Virus record (IMG/VR): IMGVR_UViG_3300011906_000002
Span: 124,001-188,000 of that record
DNA length: 64,000 bases
Reading direction: 5' to 3' (one strand)
DNA from: an uncultured virus (IMG/VR IMGVR_UViG_3300011906_000002)
Lineage: Duplodnaviria; Heunggongvirae; Uroviricota; Caudoviricetes
Below the pieces are notes generated by a model. That model made no database searches. It was not told where the DNA came from and worked only from the letters and a program-made list of their open reading frames with translations. The position numbers and the translations under genes are program-made. This document shows, piece after piece, positions 26,770 to 36,896 of the stretch (within the stretch, counting starts at the first letter, position 1; each line of letters begins with the position of its first letter).

Positions 26770-27889
26770 ACTGACGATCGCAGAGATTGGCGACGTACAC
26801 CTAGGTCACCACAACACAGATACAGCCCACATCATCGCTAACTTGTACCGGGAGTTCCCTGACAACGAAGCCTTTGGTGAGCTGGATTTGTTCATCATTG
26901 CAGGTGACTTGTTTGACCGCCAGATCGACTATTCCGACCCCAACGTTGAGTTGATCGACAAGTGGATGAACGACTTCCTCTTACAATGTAAGAAGCACAA
27001 CGTTATTCTGCGGGTGTTGGAAGGTACGCCGTCTCACGATTGGCAACAAAGCGCTAACATGGTCTACGCCAACCACACCATCGGGGCTAACCTCAAGTAC
27101 ACAGATGTCCTGTCGATCGAGTACATTGCAGAACTTGGCATCCATGTGTTGTACGTACCGGATGAATGGAAACACGAACCGGATGACGTTTGGTTGGATG
27201 TCCAACGGGTAATGGCTGAACACCAGTTGGAGCAGGTGGACTTTACCGTCTTGCACGGTGCGTTCGAACACCAGCTGCCCGATCATGTCCCGGCGCCTAA
27301 GCACAGCTGTGAACGATACCAGAACATCACCCGGTGTTTTGTATTTGGGGGACACATCCACAAGCGCTCACAAAATGGCAACATCCTCGCTGCCGGGTCG
27401 TTTGATCGACTCTCACACGGGGAAGAAGAAGCCAAGGGTCATTTGTGGGTCAGAACCAAAGCGGATGGTCGTCATGAAATCAAATTCGTGGAGAACCGCA
27501 ACGCCAAGCAGTACGTCTCTGTGGAGTGTTCAGGCGACAGCCTAGACCTTGCCACCGATAAGATCCAACAAACGGTCCTGAGGCTTCCTGTGGGCTCCCA
27601 CGTACGGGTTCTGGCTAACAAGACCGATCCGATCATCCTGAGTTTGAATGAACTTAAAACAAGGTTCACCGAACACTTCATTACCACCAAGGTGATGGAT
27701 CAGGACAAAGGTAAACGTGAAGCGGTGGATCGTATTATCACCCCATTCACCCCAGCGGCGATCACCCCGGATAACATCTTTAGTCTGATGATGACCAGGT
27801 TTAAAGAAGAAGTCCACGACCCCTTTTATCATCAACTTGCCGAGAACCTGCTAAATGACCAGAAGATATTCTCCTCTGGCCGAACGTGA
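26750..27889 (+). CDS. sbcD: SbcD/Mre11-like metallophosphoesterase nuclease (gp65-like)
   Basis: GDVHLGH, AGDLFD, GTPSHD, GHIH, GSFDRL.HGEEE.KG. Confidence 0.88.
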   Translation: MTSNLPELTIAEIGDVHLGHHNTDTAHIIANLYREFPDNEAFGELDLFIIAGDLFDRQIDYSDPNVELIDKWMNDFLLQCKKHNVILRVLEGTPSHDWQQSANMVYANHTIGANLKYTDVLSIEYIAELGIHVLYVPDEWKHEPDDVWLDVQRVMAEHQLEQVDFTVLHGAFEHQLPDHVPAPKHSCERYQNITRCFVFGGHIHKRSQNGNILAAGSFDRLSHGEEEAKGHLWVRTKADGRHEIKFVENRNAKQYVSVECSGDSLDLATDKIQQTVLRLPVGSHVRVLANKTDPIILSLNELKTRFTEHFITTKVMDQDKGKREAVDRIITPFTPAAITPDNIFSLMMTRFKEEVHDPFYHQLAENLLNDQKIFSSGRT

Positions 27890-28709
27890 ACTGGGTAGCT
27901 ACGCTCCGATCTCCATTGCTACGGCATTAGCACTGGAGAGTGCGTTCGGGGTGTCAGCCGATCACCCGGAACATCAGGCCAAGCCCCCGATCAACAACTA
28001 TCGTGCCATCTGGTTCAACGTACGCACCCTGCTACGGAACCTGATCGGCGCGGTAGCGCGCGATCGAAAGGACGCTATAAAAGACGATGACCTGTACGAT
28101 GCCCTCACTGCAGAAATTCAAGTTATCGTTGGGTCCTTGGAGTCTGTCACCCGAGGGTTGTGTGTACCCTACTTCTATGTCCAAAGCTACAAAGGGTTGG
28201 AGAAGAAGTATCAACACTGTTTTTTGAAGACCCCTAAAACGGATCTGCAAAAAGCAATGATGTCTCAGGAAGACTTTGTGCTTTCTGCATTAACCACCAG
28301 TGCGGCGGTTGATTTGCAACACAGTGATTTGACGCTTAAAGGTTGTCCTCAAAACAGCCTGATCGTGACGCACATGCCGATCGATTTGTTGTCACGCTAC
28401 GAATTCCAAAAGCTTGATCTATTGGAGTCCCACACCGGGAAAATAAAACCGCATACCCAGTGGTCGTCAAAGCTAACGGGTGGTGCTGGATTGGACTTGA
28501 CCCGGATGCCTTTTAACCATGTCACGCTTCAACTGTTTGGGGATGGTGTCCACTTTCAGACGTTCCCTATAAAGGAAAAGCGTCAGTTTGTGGATATGGC
28601 GACTAAGTACCTTTGGTCACCAACCACGACATTGGGTCGGATGAAACAGTGTATCAACAGCTACCCGTTTCATCCTGAATTCAAACTCATTTTGTTGAAG
28701 ATGTTTTAA
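27855..28709 (+). CDS. Conserved protein (probably gp66-like; possible PIN/5'-nuclease-like fold)
   Basis: NVRTLLRN, THMPIDLL, LLESHTG motifs; synteny. Confidence 0.6.
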   Translation: MTRRYSPLAERELGSYAPISIATALALESAFGVSADHPEHQAKPPINNYRAIWFNVRTLLRNLIGAVARDRKDAIKDDDLYDALTAEIQVIVGSLESVTRGLCVPYFYVQSYKGLEKKYQHCFLKTPKTDLQKAMMSQEDFVLSALTTSAAVDLQHSDLTLKGCPQNSLIVTHMPIDLLSRYEFQKLDLLESHTGKIKPHTQWSSKLTGGAGLDLTRMPFNHVTLQLFGDGVHFQTFPIKEKRQFVDMATKYLWSPTTTLGRMKQCINSYPFHPEFKLILLKMF

Positions 28710-28772
28710 AGGCAAAAGGTAAAAAACTACCTTTTTGTCCCATTATGTGAAGAACCGAGGAGTATACAAATC

Positions 28773-29537
28773 ATGGCTGGTAACAACAACTTTCGTCCGG
28801 CACCGCGTAAGAAAAACGCCCTGGATGAGTACAAGCTTCGACTGAACGGTCCTGTGTTGGCCGATCAAGGCGCGAAGTTTCCAGGTGCGCTTGCTGTAAG
28901 CGTGGTTAAGAACCAGATTCATCTGGATGTCTACACCAACGTCCCGAACGACAAGAACAACGGCAACATTCGTGCAGCCATGGATCAGATCACCTTTGGT
29001 GCGTTCCTGGAACTGTTTGATGCCGTTCTCAAGTCGCCGGCGGACACTGCGTACAAGATCACCAACAAGAACCACACCTTCTTCGAAGGCAAGCGTTCTG
29101 AAGAACCTCGTCTGGTGTCGACCACCATTCTGGGTCGCGACAAAGAAGGCGTGATGTTCATCGCGCTGGTGGCTAAGGATCGTCCTTACCTGAAGTTCGA
29201 CTTCCTGGGTACGAGCTACCATGCCATCATGGGTCCGGATGGTAACCCACTGTCCAAGGCTGAAGCGTCCAACTTCTTCGCTCGTGGCTGGCGTCGGACC
29301 ATCACCGGTCTGGTGGCTGCGGTAGCGACTGCTGAATACGTTGCACCGGAACCGAAGAACAAAGACGGTGGCGGTAACAGCGGCGGTGGTTACAACGGCG
29401 GTGGTAACCGCAATGGTGGCGGTAACAGTAACGGTGGCGGCGGCTATAATGGCGGCGGCAACCGTAGCGGCGGTGGTGGTGGTGCTCCAAGCGGCGGTAA
29501 CGGTGACTGGGGTAACGACGACGATTACAACATGTAA
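28773..29537 (+). CDS. chmC: Probable ChmC, nucleus-associated RNA-binding protein
   Basis: Directly upstream of the gp68-like subunit; globular N-terminus plus G/N-rich disordered tail ending DDDYNM; assignment by synteny and architecture. Confidence 0.6.
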   Translation: MAGNNNFRPAPRKKNALDEYKLRLNGPVLADQGAKFPGALAVSVVKNQIHLDVYTNVPNDKNNGNIRAAMDQITFGAFLELFDAVLKSPADTAYKITNKNHTFFEGKRSEEPRLVSTTILGRDKEGVMFIALVAKDRPYLKFDFLGTSYHAIMGPDGNPLSKAEASNFFARGWRRTITGLVAAVATAEYVAPEPKNKDGGGNSGGGYNGGGNRNGGGNSNGGGGYNGGGNRSGGGGGAPSGGNGDWGNDDDYNM

Positions 29538-29632
29538 CGCCCCACGTGTCCTGCTGTCGGCCTGTCCGGCAGCAGGCATCCCGACCCTGTAGTCCCGCCA
29601 ACACGCCATGGGATTGAAAGCATTTTTGGATG

Positions 29633-29647
29633 TATAATATCTACTGG
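29633..29647 (+). promoter_or_regulatory. Early promoter variant
   Basis: GATG-TATAATATCTACTGG followed by CTAAGGAG. Confidence 0.55.
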
Positions 29648-29673
29648 CAACCAAGTACTAAGGAGTACCTGCT

Positions 29674-31236
29674 ATGAAGATTGCCGGCGTTCGTTCAAAA
29701 GAGAATCAATCGGCTCAGATGATCGGTTCCTTTGTGACGAGCCATCAGGGGCAGGAGTTGGAGTGGAGTGGGTCGATGTTGAATCGTACCAGCTTCAAGA
29801 ACTTGGACAACCTGTTCAACCCAATCAATGGGTTCGTGGCCTCGTGGCCCGCTGATAAGCAACAAGCACTATGGGAGTGCTACGTTGAAGCTTACGAGCT
29901 GATGCGTACACAGGGGGAGCTTCGACTGCTGTTCGGCAAGCTGAAGAAAGTTGTAAAGAAGATGTATGCCCTGTTCAACTACGAGCAGTTGCGTTACTGG
30001 GTGCTGGGTTATGGCAACATCTATATCCCGGAGAACATCTACGACCAGTACGATGGTAATCCAGAAGACCGGACGTATCTGATCAATGACTACAAAGAGT
30101 TGGCTGTGCTAGCAGTTGGTCTGGAGTTGATGGTCCCGATCTTCTACCAGTTCATCTTCATCAACAAGAATGTGGGGAACAACCACAAAGAACAATACGC
30201 CTACGGGCTATTGTCGGACACCTGGATCGAAACCACCATTGGGGCTCAACGTCTTCGGGCGTATGTTGAGGCAAACATTGCACGTGAAGCCATCTCTGTG
30301 GCATCGGTGTGCTTTGGCTTGAGTTCAACTGAGCTACCTGACCACCTGTACTGTCGAGCAATCGTCAAGAAGGTGGCGCTGTCTGAAGTCACGGTGCTGG
30401 ATATCAACTCCAGTATCATCAGTAACGTGTACCACTACCTGCGCAATACCTACAAGTCCTTGGACCGTAGCTTTACCGCAGGCGATGGCAAACTCAACCC
30501 GAAACATAACCCGACGGATCGGGGCGGTGATGAAGACAACATGTCCATCGCTGAGACTTATAAGGTCAAGCAAGAGATTTCGGATGGTGACCTGATTCCT
30601 CAGAGCATCTATACCGAGAACTACATGCAGATGACACATGCGGTAGACCCGACGGTTCCTCCCGAGTTGGTCGAGATGTGTATCCGCAATGCATGGAAGC
30701 TGGAACTGGACCCGATCTCTGCTCACCAAATGACACTGGTGCAGTGGGTGATGTCCAAAGTCTTGTCTCCTCGGGCCATCCCGAACTTGGACAAGCCGTC
30801 TCTCCTGCGCACCATTGGTGCCACTCAAGCGCTAATGTTTCATTGGCAGTTTAAAGAGTTGGCGGTTCTACTGACTGCGACGCCCTATGTTTGGGAAGAA
30901 GAGTCAGCCATGTTTACCGTGGACAGCCGTAGCCGGATTACATCCGATGCGGTGCAAAAGCTGGTGGGTCTGTACCCCTACAGCACACGCCAAAGCGGTA
31001 AGACTTCTGATCGCCAAACCAATGCGGCCTGCCGTGCTATCGATGCCCTTGCGCTGGAAATGTCCAAGAACTATTGGGCAGTCTACGTACCGGCTGAGAA
31101 AGTGGTCGACTTCCGCTTTGAGTTTGATAACGTGATCATGGTACCAGCCGATGTTAAAACCCAATTGGTTCGCTTGCTGATGGATCACATCCTGACGCCT
31201 GTTGACCACGGACTGGCTGCTGCCCGCCTAATCTAA
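29674..31236 (+). CDS. Non-virion RNAP promoter-specificity subunit (gp68-like)
   Basis: 520 aa, position in the gp67-gp74 block, DNMS.AE.YKVKQ motif. Confidence 0.7.
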   Translation: MKIAGVRSKENQSAQMIGSFVTSHQGQELEWSGSMLNRTSFKNLDNLFNPINGFVASWPADKQQALWECYVEAYELMRTQGELRLLFGKLKKVVKKMYALFNYEQLRYWVLGYGNIYIPENIYDQYDGNPEDRTYLINDYKELAVLAVGLELMVPIFYQFIFINKNVGNNHKEQYAYGLLSDTWIETTIGAQRLRAYVEANIAREAISVASVCFGLSSTELPDHLYCRAIVKKVALSEVTVLDINSSIISNVYHYLRNTYKSLDRSFTAGDGKLNPKHNPTDRGGDEDNMSIAETYKVKQEISDGDLIPQSIYTENYMQMTHAVDPTVPPELVEMCIRNAWKLELDPISAHQMTLVQWVMSKVLSPRAIPNLDKPSLLRTIGATQALMFHWQFKELAVLLTATPYVWEEESAMFTVDSRSRITSDAVQKLVGLYPYSTRQSGKTSDRQTNAACRAIDALALEMSKNYWAVYVPAEKVVDFRFEFDNVIMVPADVKTQLVRLLMDHILTPVDHGLAAARLI

Positions 31237-31262
31237 TCCCTTGTTAGTAAGAGGAACCCCTT

Positions 31263-32741
31263 ATGCTCCCGAGTTACGTCAAAATCATCCGAGTCCTGTT
31301 CACCCCCGTTGGGACTCATAACCCGCAATTCCAGCGCCCGTACCACATGACCAGTAACGTTGACCAGACCATGGTTGACTCGATTCGTCATGCTACCCAA
31401 GAAGGCCAGAACATCACCGCTGGTGTCTTGGCCCCATACGCCGGTGCACTCCTACGTCCTTCGGCGGATGTCTACTGGGATAGCAACATCCTGGCAGGTT
31501 GGGATCAGTCTCGTCTGCGCTTCATGATGGAAGTGGAAATTCAGAATCAGACGGGTATCGTTAAACAGTACCTCTCGGGTTACACCAACTATCAAGGGTA
31601 CAGTGCCAATCACGGCAATGTGGTCTTTGACCCCGACATGCAACTGGTGGTGAACCGTGTACTGAGTCTGAACATCGGCGGACAGAACGGGATTCGCTTG
31701 GCCGGCTCCGATCGTTTGTTGGTCGGGGAGTATCAGCCGAACTTCGGCATGCAAGGCAATGAACCTGTTGCGGTGGGCCTGCGCCCTGAAGACGTGTTCA
31801 GCATCATGCAGACCGGTGGTCCGGGTGGTTACGCAGAGCCGGTCATTGATGGACGGACGGTCTTTGCAGGCCACACCCCGAAGTTCTCCACCATCGCCAA
31901 CGACCTACCCAACCAGTACTTGTCTCGGGTACTCAAAGGGTCGATCCCGCTGAACAACTTCTCAGCACAAGACAGCATGGCAACTCCTTACGGCGATGTC
32001 ATGGATCGTGCGATTGGTCACTACGCTGAACAAGGCGTGAACCAGAACCGCATCTTGCACCAGATCATTCAGAATGGAGGATTCCAAGAAGGTAGCTCGT
32101 TCTCCTACAAGTGTCTCATGGAGATCGGTTCCAACCACGGCAACCTCGACGATCGGGTTAACCTGATCGAACCGTCCGGTGTGTCGGGCTTTGAGATGCC
32201 GCTACACCAGACAGGCATGACTGCCAACTGGAACGCAGCGAACACTGAGGCCATCATCGCTCAGGTGATCAGTCAGCAAGTACCTGCGCTGATGTCCGAC
32301 CACTTCTTGACCAAGATCGCGTTCTCGGCGACTAACCGTACGATTAACCGCGAATTCCTCGTTGATGTCCAAGGCGCTCCAGCATCCTGGCTACCTACGG
32401 TGGAAATGATCAAGTTTGCCATCACCAGTTTCATAAACCGGTTGATCCATGAGATTCTGGTAGGGCTCTCAATCAACAATGCCGTGGACTTCAACATCCG
32501 TGTCATCGTGGACATGTATGGCGAGACCCACATCTTTGTTTCTGTGTCGGGTGGACCTGAAATGCATTTCTGCGCACCGTCCTTTGCAGATTCTCTGACC
32601 ACGCCACTGTTGTCTCAGAACGTGAACTACGCCATGAGCTACGTGAGTGACATCGAGACATTGGCAAACAACACGGTTACCAGCGTTGCATCCAACAATC
32701 AATCCTTTGGGGGTATGAACTATGCTAATTCCACTATATGA
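31263..32741 (+). CDS. picA: Probable nuclear-shell import factor PicA/Imp1 (gp69-like)
   Basis: RPY, GW...RLRFMM, GYT, LRPEDVF, PSFADSL motifs; synteny. Confidence 0.65.
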   Translation: MLPSYVKIIRVLFTPVGTHNPQFQRPYHMTSNVDQTMVDSIRHATQEGQNITAGVLAPYAGALLRPSADVYWDSNILAGWDQSRLRFMMEVEIQNQTGIVKQYLSGYTNYQGYSANHGNVVFDPDMQLVVNRVLSLNIGGQNGIRLAGSDRLLVGEYQPNFGMQGNEPVAVGLRPEDVFSIMQTGGPGGYAEPVIDGRTVFAGHTPKFSTIANDLPNQYLSRVLKGSIPLNNFSAQDSMATPYGDVMDRAIGHYAEQGVNQNRILHQIIQNGGFQEGSSFSYKCLMEIGSNHGNLDDRVNLIEPSGVSGFEMPLHQTGMTANWNAANTEAIIAQVISQQVPALMSDHFLTKIAFSATNRTINREFLVDVQGAPASWLPTVEMIKFAITSFINRLIHEILVGLSINNAVDFNIRVIVDMYGETHIFVSVSGGPEMHFCAPSFADSLTTPLLSQNVNYAMSYVSDIETLANNTVTSVASNNQSFGGMNYANSTI

Positions 32742-34074
32742 GTCTGTGCTGGCAGCTGCCGGTCTGGTAGCGAACAAGGAAGGTCTGATCAGTATGGACC
32801 TGGATGGGATTCACGCCCCCTGTACGGTAGGTAAAGATCCGGCTAAGCGTCTGGTCCTGCCGATCCCTGAAGTGTTGGCGAATCCGAACTGGCAGTCCAC
32901 CATTGCATTCCACCCGATGGCCGAAAGCCTGTTGCGTGGTGAGTCAGAAGTGCTGCGTAAGCTTAAGGGCTTGCTGATGGTGCGGGTGTTGTCGGTGACG
33001 GCTGATCTGGCGACCCAACTGATGGCGATTGCTGTCAATGTGGATGCGCAGAAGAAGCTGACTCCAGACCAGCACGAGTTCCTCTCCACCGTGGGCGCTG
33101 TGAGCGAGAACACGTTCAAGGATCTGACCAAGATCGTAGAATCGCTCGGCATCGACAAGAACCAGCTGTGCAACATGTACCTGAAGCGGGCTGGTCAGTG
33201 GAAAGGTAAAGGTTACTCCCGCGTGGCGGTGACCACCTTCCCATTGATCGAGCAATTGGGATCGCAGGGCAAGGAAGTGTTCAACTTCTCCTTGCACAGT
33301 CAGAAGAACAAGAAAGCCATCAAGGCTCTGTTCGACTACATCCTCCCAGAAGCTGACAACGTCGACAAGTACAGCTACGGCACTAACAGTGACGTGGCCC
33401 CGTATTTCCATGCGATGATGTCCTCGTTTGCCAAGATCGCCAAGCAGCTCAATGGCGTCACCCGCAAGTTCAAGAAACATCTGGACGAAGCGGACAAGCT
33501 GTTGATCAATCTCGAGTTCGATAAAGAGCTAAACGATCTGGGAAAGTTCCGCGATTTGATCCCGAGTCTCTCGGGTAACGAAGGCGTGCTCCTGGACAAG
33601 TCCGGTGCTGAAACTAAGCCGCAGCAGAATGGTAACAAGGTGGTTGTGCTCGACACTAGCGTTTCCAAGCAAGCGGCTCACCATGCGTTGGCCAGCATCG
33701 AGAATGCCGAAGTTCCCCTTCAGCAAACTCAAACACCGCAGCAAACCCTTCCCTGGGAAGCGCAGCAACAGGCTCCGCAACATCAAGCCGGTCAGTGGCA
33801 GCCACCGCAGCAACAACCTACCCAAGCACCTCGCGAGTCCGGGGTTATCAGCTTTGATAGCTTGCTTCAAAACCGCATGGGTATCCAACCACCACCTGTC
33901 CAGCAGCCGATGTACCAGCAGCCCCAGCAGTACATGCAACAACCCATGGGTCAGCCGGTACTCACGCCGCAGCAGATGTTCGTACAACAGTTCCAACACC
34001 CGCAACAGAGCATGATGGGTTATCCCGCTCAGCAGCCGATGTATCAGCAGCCGATGTATCCCACCGGGATCTAA
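32722..34074 (+). CDS. Conserved nucleus-block protein (gp70-like) with Q/P-rich tail
   Basis: FHPMAES..RGES, APYFHA, IPSL.GNEG; low-complexity C-terminus. Confidence 0.7.
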   Translation: MLIPLYESVLAAAGLVANKEGLISMDLDGIHAPCTVGKDPAKRLVLPIPEVLANPNWQSTIAFHPMAESLLRGESEVLRKLKGLLMVRVLSVTADLATQLMAIAVNVDAQKKLTPDQHEFLSTVGAVSENTFKDLTKIVESLGIDKNQLCNMYLKRAGQWKGKGYSRVAVTTFPLIEQLGSQGKEVFNFSLHSQKNKKAIKALFDYILPEADNVDKYSYGTNSDVAPYFHAMMSSFAKIAKQLNGVTRKFKKHLDEADKLLINLEFDKELNDLGKFRDLIPSLSGNEGVLLDKSGAETKPQQNGNKVVVLDTSVSKQAAHHALASIENAEVPLQQTQTPQQTLPWEAQQQAPQHQAGQWQPPQQQPTQAPRESGVISFDSLLQNRMGIQPPPVQQPMYQQPQQYMQQPMGQPVLTPQQMFVQQFQHPQQSMMGYPAQQPMYQQPMYPTGI

Positions 34075-34088
34075 GGCGGCATAAAAGC

Positions 34089-34120
34089 AACAGGGGACTT
34101 CGGTCCCCTGTTTTTTTTTT
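34089..34120. terminator. Bidirectional terminator
   Basis: CAGGGGAC-TTCG-GTCCCCTG plus T10; CGGCATAAAA on the other side. Confidence 0.9.
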
Positions 34121-34464
34121 CAAACTATGCCCTTACGGGTCTTGTACATCCGGCGAACATAGGTGATGTCGTCCTCAGTAGGTACGACCAGTTCCACCTG
34201 ATGGTGCAAGTAATCCCGTGGATCACGGTATCCATTCACCCGCAGGGTTAACCAGTGCAAACTGGTGGGAATCCCTAGGTGAGCGAGCAATCCATAAAAG
34301 TCATATTCGTATTTATAGGCTGTGCCAGGCTCTACAGAGACCGCACGGTTGTTGGGGTTAGCCTTGATGATGCTGAGCACCGACTCGACCGTATCACGAA
34401 ACCCCTGGTCGCAGTAGACTTGCGCTACTTGGTTAGTAAGCAGGTCATTGATGGGCATGGTCAT
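34120..34464 (-). CDS. Small conserved protein (LysM-like/baseplate-like)
   Basis: YKYEYDFYGLL...HWLTLRVNG pattern. Confidence 0.6.
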   Translation of the reverse strand: MTMPINDLLTNQVAQVYCDQGFRDTVESVLSIIKANPNNRAVSVEPGTAYKYEYDFYGLLAHLGIPTSLHWLTLRVNGYRDPRDYLHHQVELVVPTEDDITYVRRMYKTRKGIV

Positions 34465-34499
34465 TTGGGTGTCCGTCCGCAGTAAAGAAAATACAAACC

Positions 34500-34516
34500 T
34501 ATATTATTAAGGTGAA
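34500..34516 (+). promoter_or_regulatory. Early promoter
   Basis: AAAATACAAACC-TATATTATTAAGGTGAA. Confidence 0.65.
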
Positions 34517-34573
34517 TACTCGGTGAGTACATACACCTCTGCCCCTCTAAACTGAAAGACTAAGGAGTCTGTC

Positions 34574-36838
34574 GTGTCTGATGAAGTAGTTGAAGTCTTC
34601 AAACATAACACGGTGCCTCACTACAGCGAAGTCGACCCGATGACGGCCGATTGCCAGCTGTTTCCCGAACTGATCGGTGTGAGTAACCTGAACTCTCACC
34701 TGCGTGGCGACAGTTCGCCGCGTGTCCAAATGGCCAACTCGGCATTGGGCTCGAGCCTGGTTATTAAAGGTAGTACCCTGCGTCGTCAACAAACCGGTAC
34801 CGAGCGTGAATTTGCGAAGTACACCTTCTCTAAGAAGTTTGACAACAACGTAACGATTCTCGCGGTCGTTCCACGTTACGATCAGACCGTGGGGATTGAT
34901 GCCATTGCCTTCTCCCCAGAGACGGCCTACATCTACGAAGACGCCGACACTGGCATCGTGGATGTCATGGTGTTACCGCTTTACAACTGTAACCACCAGC
35001 ACTTCGGCTTCAGCTACAAGAAAGATCCTGAGGTGATGAACAAACTCACAGCCACGGCTCGTATCCCTGCCGGTACTAAAGTGGCAGACTCCCCAAGCGT
35101 AACACCCGAAGGAGACTACAAGTACGGCCTTGAACTGAACATGATCCTGATGTCGGTTGAAGGGGTGATTGAAGACGGTGCGATCTTTGCCGACGACGTG
35201 CTTCCTAAACTCACAGCCGAAGGCTTTGAGAAGCGCGTAGAAAGCTGTGGTCAGCACTACTACATGATCAACCTGTACGGCGATCCGTCACGTCCTGATG
35301 AATACAAACCCGTGCCTGACATTGGCGAGAAGATCCGTGATGACGGGTTGCTCTATGCCTTGCGTAAGTACGATCCCTTGTTGGCTCCGATCGAGATGTC
35401 CCCAACAGCTCTGCGTGAGCCAGACTACATCTACGACCGACTGGTCTATGCAACACCTGGCGCTACCGTGATCGACATTGCGGTACAGCACAACCACATG
35501 CTGCGCAACTGCAACACCCCCTCAGGAATGGATCGTCAACTGCGTAAGTACCACACTGCAGCGACGACCTATTACAAGCGTATCTGGGCCGAATACGAGA
35601 AAGTCTCGCGTCGTCCCGGTGGTCGCCCAACCTTGGGGTATGAATTCAACCGTTTGCTAGTCGAAGCCCGGACATTCCTGAACGAACGTCATCGCGACAG
35701 TCGTCAAGGCAGTATGGATGTCAACAAGACCTACCGGCGTAACGAGTTGGACGAATGGCGTATTGAGGTGACTTATCAATACGACATGGTGCCCACCATC
35801 GGTAACAAGATCACCGGTACTCACGGCGACAAGGCGGTAATCTGTGGGATCTGGCCACGAGCCAACATGCCAGTGGATGCTGACGGTAACTCTGCCGATT
35901 ACATCATGGACGCTGACTCGAACATCAAACGGATGAACTTGGGTCGTTTGTACGAGCAGTACTTTAACGCAGCCAGTCGGGATGTCACCAAGAAGGTTCG
36001 CCAGATGTTTGGCTTCAAGCCTGATGGTTCAGACGTACCTGCTAAACCGAAACCCACCTTTAACCTACAGAACGCATTGTTCGGTACTCGGGAAAGCAAC
36101 ACAATCCAAGGACCTGACATTCAGTTGGACCCAGCGATTGTCGAGCAAGCCTGGCAATACCTGTTTGGGTACTACGACATCATCAGTCCGTGGATGGCGC
36201 AGATGTTTGTGCGGGGTGAATACAAAGCCCCTATCAACGACCACCTGCTCTCGGTATTGCGTGATGGCATTTACCTGTGGCTTCCTACTCACAACCCGAT
36301 TGACTATGTCGAGACGGTACAACAGATCCAAGCCAAGTACCCACCGTGCTATGGTCCGGTCAGCTACATTGGCCAAAACGGCATCCGTGTGGTAACCGAT
36401 TCACCTATCATGATCGGTAGCGTGTATGTGATCGAGCTGGAAAAGACCGGTAGTGAATGGTCAGGTGTGGCGTCTGCGAAGTTGCAGCACCACGGCATCC
36501 CTGCCAAGATTACCAAGATGGACAAGTACGCCTACCCAGGACGTGCCTCTCCTATCCGTCTAACCGGTGAAGGTGAAGTACGTTTGCTGGCCAGTACTGC
36601 TGGTGGTTACGTAGCAGCTGACCTGGTAGACCAGTCCAACAACCCAACCGTACACAAGGAGATCACTGCGAATATCCTGCGTGCGAAAACCCCAACCAAC
36701 ATCCCGAAGGTGATTGATCGTAAGAACTTCCCCTTGGGTCAAGGTCGTAACATCCTGTTTGTGACACACGTGTTGGAGTGTGCAGGCATCCGGTTTGTCT
36801 ATAAACCTGAGAAGCCACAACTCCCAGGAAGCCTGTAA
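34574..36838 (+). CDS. Non-virion RNAP beta C-terminal subunit (gp71-73-like, uninterrupted)
   Basis: SSPR..M, IEDG, GNKITGTHGDKAVI, KRMNLGRLYE, GEGEVR. Confidence 0.92.
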   Translation: MSDEVVEVFKHNTVPHYSEVDPMTADCQLFPELIGVSNLNSHLRGDSSPRVQMANSALGSSLVIKGSTLRRQQTGTEREFAKYTFSKKFDNNVTILAVVPRYDQTVGIDAIAFSPETAYIYEDADTGIVDVMVLPLYNCNHQHFGFSYKKDPEVMNKLTATARIPAGTKVADSPSVTPEGDYKYGLELNMILMSVEGVIEDGAIFADDVLPKLTAEGFEKRVESCGQHYYMINLYGDPSRPDEYKPVPDIGEKIRDDGLLYALRKYDPLLAPIEMSPTALREPDYIYDRLVYATPGATVIDIAVQHNHMLRNCNTPSGMDRQLRKYHTAATTYYKRIWAEYEKVSRRPGGRPTLGYEFNRLLVEARTFLNERHRDSRQGSMDVNKTYRRNELDEWRIEVTYQYDMVPTIGNKITGTHGDKAVICGIWPRANMPVDADGNSADYIMDADSNIKRMNLGRLYEQYFNAASRDVTKKVRQMFGFKPDGSDVPAKPKPTFNLQNALFGTRESNTIQGPDIQLDPAIVEQAWQYLFGYYDIISPWMAQMFVRGEYKAPINDHLLSVLRDGIYLWLPTHNPIDYVETVQQIQAKYPPCYGPVSYIGQNGIRVVTDSPIMIGSVYVIELEKTGSEWSGVASAKLQHHGIPAKITKMDKYAYPGRASPIRLTGEGEVRLLASTAGGYVAADLVDQSNNPTVHKEITANILRAKTPTNIPKVIDRKNFPLGQGRNILFVTHVLECAGIRFVYKPEKPQLPGSL

Positions 36839-36896
36839 GGCTCATCATAAACTTCGCTGTGGGGAAACCCACAGCCGTCTTTCTAGGAGGTTCCTA

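Noticed and set aside
29366..29510. GGC/GGT/AAC tandem repeats as a possible array
   Set aside because: They encode the Gly/Asn-rich protein tail; no repeat-spacer structure
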